A DNA stretch of 26,186 nt from Armatimonadota bacterium (GTDB lineage Bacteria; Armatimonadota; UBA5829; DTLH01). A program made the position numbers and the translations under genes. Of this stretch, positions 1 to 8,519 are shown piece after piece (position 1 is the first letter of the stretch; each line of letters opens with the position of its first letter). Under the pieces are notes generated by a model. It was not told the DNA's origin and searched no databases. It saw nothing but the letters and a program-made list of their open reading frames with translations. The stretch lies in contig JBDKSP010000106.1 of assembly GCA_039680575.1 (NCBI GenBank), forward strand, positions 1-26,186, given 5' to 3'.

Positions 1-124
1 TATTGGCTGTTGCCGAAAATCTTCCGGAAGAGTTTCAGGTGTAAGTGTAAAATCAACAGATAAAGCTATATCAGAGAACTGTTTATATAACTGTAAGGCT
101 GTTACTTTATCTCCTGAAACTCTA
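1..124 (+). repeat. Twin-hairpin dispersed element, copy 1 (5'-truncated by window edge)
   Basis: 1-94 matches 26094-26186 with 4 substitutions and 1 indel. AGAGTTTCAGG (29-39) is the exact reverse complement of CCTGAAACTCT (113-123). Central TCTTCCGGAAGA palindrome. Confidence 0.9.
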
Positions 125-781
125 TAGTTCCGGCACAAACACGCTTGTAAGGTGGTCGTATTCGCGGCGGTCAAGCTCATAGAGCGGTAGTTTCATCACT
201 TTAGCATCATCTCCGCCCGCGCCGGAGATTACATACACCTCGAACTCGTCCGGGTAGATCTCCATAAGCGCGAGTTTTACAGACGATGCGACCATCCGGT
301 CGTAGACCTGGTGGATAAGGTTGGGGCAGTCAATGGAAGGGAGGACTTCATCGAGCGCAAGCGCATCGATGATCTTAAGTCCCCTGCCGATGGGCATAGC
401 TAGGGCTTCGAGACATGCATCGATAAAACTGGCGGAACCGATCAGCTCCACCGGAATGTTTTCGTGAGGGGCTGTGTCGAGAATGAGCGCTACGGACCGC
501 TCCGCAACCAGTGGATGGCCAGGGACGGCGTATGCGATGTCTCCAGCCCGCGATTCCTCGATCACACGGGCTGCGATAGTGCTGTAAACTTCGTCGAAGT
601 CGGAAGCGGTCTCATAAATATGATCGAAGGTCTCGAACCGCACGCCGCGCTCTCGAAGATCGAGCGCGGCAGGATGCCTGCCGGTCCTCATATATACTCT
701 TGTCGCCGATTCCAACGTCAAGAGAGCCGAGGCCGATATACCTCCTATGCCTGCGGGTCCGAGACCTACTATCGTTAACAA
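122..781 (-). CDS. Tetrapyrrole-methylase-like protein (YabN/MazG N-terminal domain only)
   Basis: 219 aa. Motifs IVGLGPAG, RTGRHP, FDHIYE, YAVPGHPLVAE, SFID, QVYDRMVASSVKLALM and LTSVFVP match the N-terminal domain of YabN-type MazG fusions. No MazG domain follows. Confidence 0.8.
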   Translation of the reverse strand: MLTIVGLGPAGIGGISASALLTLESATRVYMRTGRHPAALDLRERGVRFETFDHIYETASDFDEVYSTIAARVIEESRAGDIAYAVPGHPLVAERSVALILDTAPHENIPVELIGSASFIDACLEALAMPIGRGLKIIDALALDEVLPSIDCPNLIHQVYDRMVASSVKLALMEIYPDEFEVYVISGAGGDDAKVMKLPLYELDRREYDHLTSVFVPEL

Positions 782-799
782 TTTCTCTTACTCAGCCTG

Positions 800-1732
800 C
801 TACTTTTTCTTCTGTATCTTGGCAAGCTGTTTGTATCGCTCGGGACTGATGATTATCGTAGAAGAGTCCCGCTTCTTTTGTAACAGTTTCGGAATGTCAG
901 TAGTGGTCTGGCCTTTCATCAGCGCTACATCTTCACGGCACTGACTCTTGACTTCATTAAAAGTCCGTACGACCTTCGGCTTGCGATCGGTCGCTTTGAT
1001 AATTACCCACTGAGGAGTCTGTCCTTTAGGAGCAACCAGGAAGGGTTTGCTCACATCACCGACTTTGAGCTTGAATGCCTCTTCGATCAGGTTTGTCGGG
1101 ACACCCGGCTGTCCTCTCCAGACTCGTCCAAGCTTTCCTTGTGTCTGGTTGCTCAGTTTGTCCTCTGACAGCCTCATCGCAACGGTACCGAAGTCGACAC
1201 CCTGCTTGATCTGTGCATCCGCTTTTTCGATTTTTTCTTTCTTTCCACAGATTACAGCTGCAATCTCTACATTCGCGGCTGTCGTATAAAGGCGATCCTT
1301 GATCTGGTTGTAACGGTCATTGACCTCTTTATCCGAGACAGTAACACCCTTGGTAACTATATTGATCATAGCCTGCCGAGGGTAAATTTCACTCTTGAAT
1401 TCGTCGATGGTAAGGCCTCTTTGCTGAAGTACCTGGGTGAGGCTGCCATCTTTCTTCAGATATTCGATTTTTTCGTTTATCTGGGCTTCCGTCGGCAATA
1501 CACCCTTTTCCTTTGCCATCTGGTCGATCAGCTTTTCGTTGATCATCTGGTCAAGGACCAATTCTCCTGCAGGTCTGCCCTGGATAGATGTAAGCTCCAG
1601 CTTCTTGTAAAACTCATCCTTAGAAATCTTCTCGCCGTTCACACTTACAAATGAGCCCTTGCCACAGCCGGATAAAACAAACGCGACCAAGAGACCAGCG
1701 ACGACAAATAATGCCAACCTTCTATCAATCAT
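800..1732 (-). CDS. PrsA/SurA-like foldase lipoprotein (parvulin-type PPIase)
   Basis: Lipobox VLSGC. SurA-N-like VNGEKISKDEF and LDQMINEKLIDQMAKEKGV. Parvulin-like DFGTVAMRLSED...GKLG...AFKLKVGDVSKP. Confidence 0.8.
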   Translation of the reverse strand: MIDRRLALFVVAGLLVAFVLSGCGKGSFVSVNGEKISKDEFYKKLELTSIQGRPAGELVLDQMINEKLIDQMAKEKGVLPTEAQINEKIEYLKKDGSLTQVLQQRGLTIDEFKSEIYPRQAMINIVTKGVTVSDKEVNDRYNQIKDRLYTTAANVEIAAVICGKKEKIEKADAQIKQGVDFGTVAMRLSEDKLSNQTQGKLGRVWRGQPGVPTNLIEEAFKLKVGDVSKPFLVAPKGQTPQWVIIKATDRKPKVVRTFNEVKSQCREDVALMKGQTTTDIPKLLQKKRDSSTIIISPERYKQLAKIQKKK

Positions 1733-1778
1733 AATTGGATAATCTGCTCCTCTCCGGGAAATTATAAATTACAGGCGC

Positions 1779-2549
1779 TCATCGAAACAGCGCGACATCG
1801 CGTTGCAGATAGCCGCGCATGCGAAGCACCGCCTGTGTATGCAACTGGTAAACCCTGGACTCGGAGACCTCCAGGATCTTACCGATCTCCTTAAATGTCA
1901 AACCTTCATAATAATAAAGAGTAATAACCAGGTTCTCCCTGGGCGGAAGCCGGTCGATAGCGGTCCCGAGGACCCGCTTCATCTCTTTTATCTCGACTTC
2001 TCCCAGTGTATTGCTGGAATCATCATGAACTACATCGGCAAGGTGGATCTTCTCATTACCTTCGCTCGAAAGCACGACATCATCCAGCGATAACAGCGAG
2101 GCTCTTCCTGTATCGGCAAGCAGTGTATGAAAATCATCGATCTCCATACCGAGCACTTCAGCTACTTCCTCGTCGTTTGCGGGACGTCCCAACCTGCTCT
2201 CAAGAGCAAGATAGGTGCGTTCCAGGGTCTTTACCCGCTCTCTGATTGAACGAGGAACCCAGTCCTCTTCCCTGAGCATCTCAAGGATTGCTCCACGGAT
2301 GAGAGCTATCGCGTAAGTCTCGAACTTCACCTGCCGTGTAGTATCGAACTGGTCTATAGCTTTTATAAGACCGATTGCCCCGGCGCTCACCAAGTCTTCT
2401 CTATCGACATTTGGCGGCAGGCTAGTGACTACTCTTCCCGCTGTTATCTTTACCAGGTAAGCATAACGGGTGATAAGCGCATCTCTCGCTTTTTGGTCGC
2501 CCCATTCTTTGAAGCGAGACCACGCTTCTGCTAACTGTGCAGAGTCCAT
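1779..2549 (-). CDS. FliA/WhiG-family (sigma-28) RNA polymerase sigma factor
   Basis: EDLVSAGAIGLIKAIDQFD, KFETYA..IRGAILEMLREEDWVPRSIR, LYYYEGLTFKEIGKILEVSESRVYQLH. Confidence 0.92.
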   Translation of the reverse strand: MDSAQLAEAWSRFKEWGDQKARDALITRYAYLVKITAGRVVTSLPPNVDREDLVSAGAIGLIKAIDQFDTTRQVKFETYAIALIRGAILEMLREEDWVPRSIRERVKTLERTYLALESRLGRPANDEEVAEVLGMEIDDFHTLLADTGRASLLSLDDVVLSSEGNEKIHLADVVHDDSSNTLGEVEIKEMKRVLGTAIDRLPPRENLVITLYYYEGLTFKEIGKILEVSESRVYQLHTQAVLRMRGYLQRDVALFR

Positions 2550-2689
2550 CCAATCTCTCCGTCCATTGCTTTGCGGCAGTTGTTATTGACCAGCTAATGC
2601 TTGTTATCCACTCTTCTTGTGAAGCGAATAAGGCCTGCTAATAACCTTTTTCCACAAATCAACGCCGTACTGCCCGTAATTTTACCTGC

Positions 2690-2842
2690 AGAGTTTTAAC
2701 AGTTGATGCAACGAGTAAGCAATATCATCTCAGCCAAAACTCTCCCGGAGGAGTTTTGGGTTTGAGCGTAAAACCAGCAGATGCAATATTAGCATTGACT
2801 GGTTATGTGCCGTAGGATTGTTACATTATTGCCCAAAACTCT
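2690..2842 (+). repeat. Twin-hairpin dispersed element, copy 2
   Basis: Aligns over its full length with 21569-21722. AGAGTTTT (2690-2697) pairs with AAAACTCT (2736-2743). CCGG linker. GAGTTTTGGG (2751-2760) pairs with CCCAAAACTC (2832-2841). Confidence 0.88.
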
Positions 2843-3084
2843 TTAGGCAGTTACTCGAGCATCATGTTATAGGACGAGCACTCAGTTGTCAACCGCGCCG
2901 AAGATCAAAACTTGGCGGGCTACCTGCATCCATAACTTAATACGTAAGCTGATACCGGAAACATTCCCATCAACAATTGAATTTTTATTGGTGCTCTTGA
3001 AAGACTGCTCAAAGCTCTGGTATTATTACATTAGTGGTAACTGGCCACAGTGCGTTCGATGTTGGGAAGGAATGCTGCTTAGGA

Positions 3085-4071
3085 ATGCTTCTTCTTGTTA
3101 TAATTATCCTTTTGGCGCTGGCTTTTGATTTTATCAATGGCTTCCATGATGCCGCAAATTCAATTGCTACTGTAGTTGCCACAAAAGTACTTACTCCGCT
3201 GAGAGCTGTAGCTTGGGCCGCTGCGTTTAATTTTATCGCAGCTCTCTTATTTCCGACTCACGTTGCCGCTACCATAGGCAAAGACGTAATACATACCAAG
3301 GTTATCGATCCACACGTCATCCTGTGTGCATTGATCGGTGCGATCGTATGGGACCTGATCACATGGATCGCAGGGTTGCCGACCAGTTCTTCGCATGCCC
3401 TGGTTGGCGGGTTGGTAGGGGCAGCACTTGGCAGAAAATTGAGTATCAGCGTTCTTTGCACCACCGGAATTCTGAAAATAGTGCTATTTATCTTTTTAGC
3501 GCCGGTTATCGGACTTCTGCTCGGGCTTGTTTTTATGACGATCATTTCGTGGATATTCCGTTCCTGTCCGCCAGGGCGAGTAAATAGATACTTCAGGCGT
3601 GCGCAATTCTTCTCCGCGGGGTCATACAGCCTGGGACACGGACTGAACGACGCACAGAAGACTATGGGTATTATCTGGATGCTTCTTATTGCAACCGGCC
3701 ATGCGTCAGCGGCTACTCTGCCGTTCTGGGTCAAACTGGCTTGCTGTATTGCAATAGCAGCAGGCACGATGTCCGGTGGTTGGCGTATCGTAAAGACTAT
3801 GGGGCTTGGGTTAACAAAGCTCCAGCCACCAGGTGCATTCAGTGCGGAGTTATCTGGTGCCTTAACACTTATCGGTGTATCATGTTTCGGTATTCCTGTG
3901 AGTACTACGCATACCATCACCGGTGCAATTGTCGGCGTCGGCTCAACCAAGAGGCTTTCCGCCGTGCGATGGGGAGTTGCCAGCCGCATAGTGTGGGCGT
4001 GGATACTGACTATTCCTATGGCTGCCCTGATAGGCTGGCTGGCTTATCATTGTATGCACTTATTTATGTAG
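3085..4071 (+). CDS. pit: Inorganic phosphate transporter, PiT family
   Basis: FDFINGFHDAANSIAT, GLPTSSSHAL, GHGLNDAQKTMG, GIPVSTTHTITGAIVGVG. Start placed at ATG 3085 rather than the ORF-track start at 3034. Confidence 0.93.
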   Translation: MLLLVIIILLALAFDFINGFHDAANSIATVVATKVLTPLRAVAWAAAFNFIAALLFPTHVAATIGKDVIHTKVIDPHVILCALIGAIVWDLITWIAGLPTSSSHALVGGLVGAALGRKLSISVLCTTGILKIVLFIFLAPVIGLLLGLVFMTIISWIFRSCPPGRVNRYFRRAQFFSAGSYSLGHGLNDAQKTMGIIWMLLIATGHASAATLPFWVKLACCIAIAAGTMSGGWRIVKTMGLGLTKLQPPGAFSAELSGALTLIGVSCFGIPVSTTHTITGAIVGVGSTKRLSAVRWGVASRIVWAWILTIPMAALIGWLAYHCMHLFM

Positions 4072-4107
4072 CGCGAATTAGTTCACGCATAAGGAAAAGG
4101 CGTTATT

Positions 4108-4737
4108 ATGGGATTTCGACTATTACCCAAAGAAGTAAAGTTCTTCGAGATGTTCTACGAGCAGGCTGAATGTGCGGTCGAAGCCGCCGAGCTGCTTGTT
4201 GAGATCGTCAAAGATTTCAAAGATATCAACCGGAAGCTGTTGAACGTCAATAAAATCGAGCATAAAGCAGATGAGATTGCACACCGTATCGCCGAAAAGC
4301 TGAACCTGACGTTCATCACTCCCATCGACCAGGAGGATATTCACTGTCTGTCCTCAGCGCTCGATGACATTGTGGATTTCATCGATGCAACTGTCGAAAG
4401 ACTGGTGCTCTACAAGGTCAAACACCCGACAGATGATATGGCAGACCTCGCGATGATGCTCCTCCGTGCAACTGAAGAGACCCGTTCAGCCGTCCTCGAA
4501 CTTGGAAACTTCAAGAAGAACCCGAATACCATAAAACAGTGTTGGATCGAGATCCACAGGCTTGAAAACCAGGGTGACAGTGCAAGTCGGGCAGCACTGG
4601 CGAAACTCTTTGAGACGGAGACGAACGCGGTTGAGGTAATCAAGTGGAAAGAGATCTATGAGCACCTCGAAACAGCAATCGACAAGTGTGAAGACGTTGC
4701 TAATGTCCTGGAGCAAATCGTTCTGAAGAACAGCTAA
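4108..4737 (+). CDS. DUF47 / PhoU-like phosphate transport regulator
   Basis: EHKAD, FITPIDQEDI, LDDIVD, LENQGD, IKWKEIYEHLETAIDKCEDVA. Usual partner of pit. Confidence 0.92.
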   Translation: MGFRLLPKEVKFFEMFYEQAECAVEAAELLVEIVKDFKDINRKLLNVNKIEHKADEIAHRIAEKLNLTFITPIDQEDIHCLSSALDDIVDFIDATVERLVLYKVKHPTDDMADLAMMLLRATEETRSAVLELGNFKKNPNTIKQCWIEIHRLENQGDSASRAALAKLFETETNAVEVIKWKEIYEHLETAIDKCEDVANVLEQIVLKNS

Positions 4738-4775
4738 GTGATATTAGGATTTTGGGGAATGGTGGAGATTTCATA

Positions 4776-4805
4776 TGCTTCGGGACCGCAGTTCGTCCCG
4801 AAGCA
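4776..4805 (+). repeat. REP-like palindrome type A (TGCTTCGGGAC-CGCAGTTC-GTCCCGAAGCA)
   Basis: Perfect 11-bp stem. Identical at 10530-10559 and 11753-11782, inverted at 18788-18817. Confidence 0.92.
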
Positions 4806-4911
4806 CGATAATTCGTCTTTTACCGACGTCACCTGGCCTGTGTATACCAATATTTCGGCTGAATACTTATAAGAAATGGCCTGCACTTTGTTAAGTTGCA
4901 TCTGTATTGCC

Positions 4912-4981
4912 ATCACCTGTTCATCAGACAGACTGATGTGATGATGGCGGCTTCGGTGTAAAAATGCGTGTCCCAAAGCAT
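4912..4981 (+). repeat. Repeat E plus degenerate REP type B (copy 1)
   Basis: 4912-4956 matches 5947-5991 at 43/45 positions. Contains CATCAG/CTGATG hairpin followed by GCTTCGG...AAGCAT. Confidence 0.85.
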
Positions 4982-5012
4982 TAAAACGTGTGCTAAAGCA
5001 TATGAATAGTGA

Positions 5013-5681
5013 TTATATCACATCGACCTCTTGGATATAAGCAGCTAAAGTATTAATCTGTTCTTTCGGTAGCAGATTAATAAGCTCTTGCCAGAGTACT
5101 TTTGTATGCCAGCTCCGGAGGATGCCTGGCAGCGTATCACCGATATAACATTCATTCTCAACAAGGTCTTGCAGCCAGGTATCCCATTCTGAAAGATGCT
5201 TTGTCAACAAATAGATCTCCTGCCTAACATTCTGATAATGACTGATGTAATTCCTTATCATCATCCTAATGTGAGTTTGATCCTTGCCGCTAAGGAGAAC
5301 ATCCTGATTAAGTTTACTATTATCCCACTCCCGTGACAGAGTAAGTAATTGCCTGTAGGTTTTATTTGATATAGATTTATTCATATGTCGATATATTTTA
5401 TATTGCCATTCTTCTACATATGCAGCTATATCACTTCCGAGTTCTGATGTTACTCTTTGAAGAAATGTATGTGGTGCGTTGTCAGACATAGCATCAAGAT
5501 AGTACTCCCATTCATCTCCTGTTGCTGCTGATTCCATTATCAACTTCCTGGCAATATCGCGTAAACTGTATGAATAAAACCCATCTGCTCCAAGCTCCAC
5601 AACAAGATATGAAGTCGTGTCAAGACTAAGCATTTCTACAGTATCTACCCAATTCAGATTATCTGTCAGATCATCTGTCAT
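5013..5681 (-). CDS. Hypothetical protein (AT-rich orphan, acidic/aromatic; possibly immunity-type)
   Basis: 222-aa ORF with AGAGGA-like RBS upstream. No motif recognised. Confidence 0.7.
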   Translation of the reverse strand: MTDDLTDNLNWVDTVEMLSLDTTSYLVVELGADGFYSYSLRDIARKLIMESAATGDEWEYYLDAMSDNAPHTFLQRVTSELGSDIAAYVEEWQYKIYRHMNKSISNKTYRQLLTLSREWDNSKLNQDVLLSGKDQTHIRMMIRNYISHYQNVRQEIYLLTKHLSEWDTWLQDLVENECYIGDTLPGILRSWHTKVLWQELINLLPKEQINTLAAYIQEVDVI

Positions 5682-5800
5682 TGGAAAATTGTCCTCTTTA
5701 GTATTAATTCGGTAAGCAACTTGAACATACGAACAATATACCTCATAATATTAACATAGTAAAGTAGCCACAATATATATTTAGAACTGATGAGATACCA

Positions 5801-5837
5801 GATTAGTAGTATGGTGCTTAATACCATACTACTAATC
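5801..5837. repeat. Perfect 15-bp inverted repeat
   Basis: GATTAGTAGTATGGT (5801-5815) / ACCATACTACTAATC (5823-5837), 7-nt loop. Confidence 0.85.
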
Positions 5838-5880
5838 CATATTACGCAGCTCTTCTCAATGGTGGTATTTTATATGCTGT

Positions 5881-5934
5881 GGGAATGGCAGATTTAGGGT
5901 AATTGTGCAATATGCATAGAATCAATTCCCGCAG
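5881..5934 (+). repeat. Repeat D (54 bp, copy 1)
   Basis: 53/54 identical to 6998-7051. Self-complementary ends GGGAAT...ATTCCC. Confidence 0.92.
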
Positions 5935-5946
5935 GTAGCAACGGGA

Positions 5947-6014
5947 ATCACCTGTTCATCAGCCAGACTGATGTGATGATGGCGTCTTCGGAGCAAAAAC
6001 TCGCGCTGAAGCAT
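5947..6014 (+). repeat. Repeat E plus REP type B (copy 2)
   Basis: Matches 4912-4956. CTTCGGAGCAAAAACTCGCGCTGAAGCAT is the reverse-orientation homolog of 12535-12563. Confidence 0.88.
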
Positions 6015-6028
6015 CCCAATAACTTATA

Positions 6029-6964
6029 CTAAACCTTCCGTTCCCGAATACGAAAAGTATTACACTTGCACGCTTCCAATGCTTTCTCAACCCATTCAGA
6101 ATCGAAGTTGTCCTTGAACCGACATAATACAGGACATAAGCTATGATCCGCAAGTTCGTACGCAGCCTCAAGTGTATAATCAGAGATGTTTTCTTGAGCT
6201 AATTGCCAGGATAACTCGTGAATCAGTAGCTCCACAGTTCCTGCTGTGTGTCTGCGCGCTAGTCCTAATAGTGCCTGAGACCTAACTTCAGCGTCCTCAT
6301 CACTTACTCGTTTTAGCAATGCCTCAGTAATCTCTGGCCATTCTACTAATGTCAGGTGCTCTGCCCCAAGCTCAAACACTGCCCAATCCCTCACATTCCT
6401 ATCTTTGTCTGCTGACAGTTTGATTAACGCTTTTACTGCAGACTTATCTTCATGTCCTGGCGTATTCAATAGTGCAGCACCCAGCGCAAGAACAATTACT
6501 GTTCGCACTTCTGCATCTGAATGATCCACAAATGGCAAAATGTGAGGGATAATCGCCGGGTAATTTTTCAAGTAAATCGGTGCGCGTCCGTGAATTTCGA
6601 CATTGCCGATAACACGGAAATCTTCCAAATGTCGTAACGCATCTACTATATAATAGATTACATCACTATCATTCTCCTTGCTTATCATTCGCGTGAGTAT
6701 ATCTGCTGAATCTTTGATGAATGGCCTGTCTGGAAAACCGAGAAAACCCAGGATTTCTGCACCAAGTGCCCTTTCTTGTGGTTCTTCACTGGCACATAGT
6801 TCTTTGGCTGCCAAGAAGACACTTTCACTGTCCTGCTTATTCTGTAACTCGTGAATGATCTGCTCTCGCTTATCCTCCTCATCTTGAGCTAGAGCAGCCA
6901 TTATTAGTTCTCTTATGTTTCTTGAATTACCTAAATCATATGGCGTTTTGTCTTCATTGGACAT
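6029..6964 (-). CDS. HEAT-repeat (PBS lyase-like) protein
   Basis: Repeated motifs ERALGAEILG, DHSDAEVRTVIVLALG, DKDRNVRDWAVFELG, DEDAEVRSQALLGLA. GGAGG RBS. Confidence 0.85.
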   Translation of the reverse strand: MSNEDKTPYDLGNSRNIRELIMAALAQDEEDKREQIIHELQNKQDSESVFLAAKELCASEEPQERALGAEILGFLGFPDRPFIKDSADILTRMISKENDSDVIYYIVDALRHLEDFRVIGNVEIHGRAPIYLKNYPAIIPHILPFVDHSDAEVRTVIVLALGAALLNTPGHEDKSAVKALIKLSADKDRNVRDWAVFELGAEHLTLVEWPEITEALLKRVSDEDAEVRSQALLGLARRHTAGTVELLIHELSWQLAQENISDYTLEAAYELADHSLCPVLCRFKDNFDSEWVEKALEACKCNTFRIRERKV

Positions 6965-6997
6965 GTCATATCCTCCATATAGTAGGGCTTTTTATTC

Positions 6998-7051
6998 GGG
7001 AATGGCAGATTTAGGATAATTGTGCAATATGCATAGAATCAATTCCCGCAG
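6998..7051 (+). repeat. Repeat D (54 bp, copy 2)
   Basis: 53/54 identical to 5881-5934. Confidence 0.92.
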
Positions 7052-7080
7052 TAACGAGAAAATTGGCGAATGTCGTGCTT

Positions 7081-7114
7081 CTCCCCGTGGTCCGGTAGGT
7101 CCACGGGGTGGATG
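7081..7114 (+). repeat. Palindromic repeat type C (CCCCGTGG-N10-CCACGGGG), copy 1
   Basis: 32/34 identical to 16110-16143. Lies just past the glmM stop codon. Confidence 0.85.
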
Positions 7115-7151
7115 AAAAGCGATCCCGAATAACATGGAAACGAAGGGTTAG

Positions 7152-8489
7152 CTACCCCATCAGCTTCTGGATGGACTCTGCGATACCGCCCACGAGTGTT
7201 TCGAGTTCACCCATGTCCGGGCCTTCGGCCATGACACGGATCAATTTCTCCGTTCCGGACGGCCGAACGAGCACTCGTCCTTTCCCAGAAAGCAGTTTCT
7301 CTGCTTCAGTGATGGCGGAGACTATTTCCGGTTTCTTGTCCCATCCGTTGCGGTCTTTTACACGGACATTTACAAGAAGTTGAGGGAACTCTTCCATCTC
7401 AGAAGAGAGTTCGGAGAGCTTTTTGCCGGTTTCAAGCATAATCGAGATGACCTGGAGCGCTGTGACTACGCCGTCTCCGGTGGATGCGAACTTCGAAAGT
7501 ATTATGTGGCCGGATTTTTCCCCTCCCACGATCGCGCCGATGCGCCGCATCTCGTCCGAGACATAACGGTCGCCTACGGGAGTCCTCACGAGTGTCACAT
7601 TCTCTTTAGCGAGAGCGATTTCGAGCCCGATGTTGCTCATTACGGTCCCGACTACAGCATTCCCGGGCAGATTGCCCAGCCTTGCATGTCTCAGTCCGTA
7701 GATAGCCATTACATGATCGCCGTCTACGATCTCGCCCCGTTCGTCGACCATTATGACTCTATCGGCATCGCCGTCGAAAGCGAGCCCCACATCCGCACCG
7801 AGTTTCTTTACCTTCTCTCTCAGTGTATCGGGGTGAAGTGAGCCGCAGCCTACGTTTATATTGATCCCGTTTGGGTTGCTGTTTATAGTCTTGATGTCCG
7901 CGCCGACCTCGGAGAGTATCTGCGGAGCCAGTTCCGATGCCGCTCCGTTGGCGCAGTCGATTACGACTTTGAGTCCATCGAACTTCTTGGTGGCAGCAGT
8001 TTTCAGGTGCTGGGCATACTCCCAGGCCATCTCGTGCTTGCGGAACATCCTGCCGACATCGCCGCCTTTAGGTCGCGGGAGTCGATCGAATGCCGCTGTA
8101 TAATTCTCAATCTCAGATTCGACTGCATCATCGAGCTTGTACCCGTCCGGGCCGAAAAATTTGATTCCATTGTCCTGAACGGGGTTGTGAGACGCGGAAA
8201 TTACTACCCCGGCCGATGCGCCGGTTGCTGCGGTAAGATAGGCGACTCCAGGAGTCGAGATTACTCCGACGAGGAGCGCATCGAGCCCCTGGGAGCAGAC
8301 ACCTGCGACCATAGCGGACTCAAGTATATCCCCGGATATTCTTGGATCACGCCCGATGAGTATTCTGCCTTTGTTCTTTTGCTCAACGATGACGTGAGCT
8401 GCCGCTGTCCCAAGCTGAAGTGCGAGAAGCGGGGTCAGTTCGACGTTCGCGACGCCTCTGACGCCGTCGGTTCCGAATAATTTTCCCAA
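7152..8489 (-). CDS. glmM: Phosphoglucosamine mutase
   Basis: FGTDGVRG, VISASHNP, DGDADR, GGEKSGH, RPSGTE. Follows cdaA-cdaR. TTG start. Confidence 0.96.
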   Translation of the reverse strand: MGKLFGTDGVRGVANVELTPLLALQLGTAAAHVIVEQKNKGRILIGRDPRISGDILESAMVAGVCSQGLDALLVGVISTPGVAYLTAATGASAGVVISASHNPVQDNGIKFFGPDGYKLDDAVESEIENYTAAFDRLPRPKGGDVGRMFRKHEMAWEYAQHLKTAATKKFDGLKVVIDCANGAASELAPQILSEVGADIKTINSNPNGININVGCGSLHPDTLREKVKKLGADVGLAFDGDADRVIMVDERGEIVDGDHVMAIYGLRHARLGNLPGNAVVGTVMSNIGLEIALAKENVTLVRTPVGDRYVSDEMRRIGAIVGGEKSGHIILSKFASTGDGVVTALQVISIMLETGKKLSELSSEMEEFPQLLVNVRVKDRNGWDKKPEIVSAITEAEKLLSGKGRVLVRPSGTEKLIRVMAEGPDMGELETLVGGIAESIQKLMG

Positions 8490-8519
8490 TTAGTTCTCCT
8501 TTATTGACTTGCAAGTTTA

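Noticed and set aside
2604..2656. DnaA-box-like 9-mers (TTATCCACT, TTTTCCACA)
   Set aside because: Only two imperfect boxes with no dnaA/dnaN nearby; insufficient for oriC.
2690..2842. Known riboswitch, 6S RNA, hammerhead or IS110 bridge RNA
   Set aside because: I could not find the diagnostic motifs. Position relative to neighbouring genes is inconsistent with a 5' cis-regulator, and no IS110 recombinase is present. A cmscan is needed to exclude these formally.
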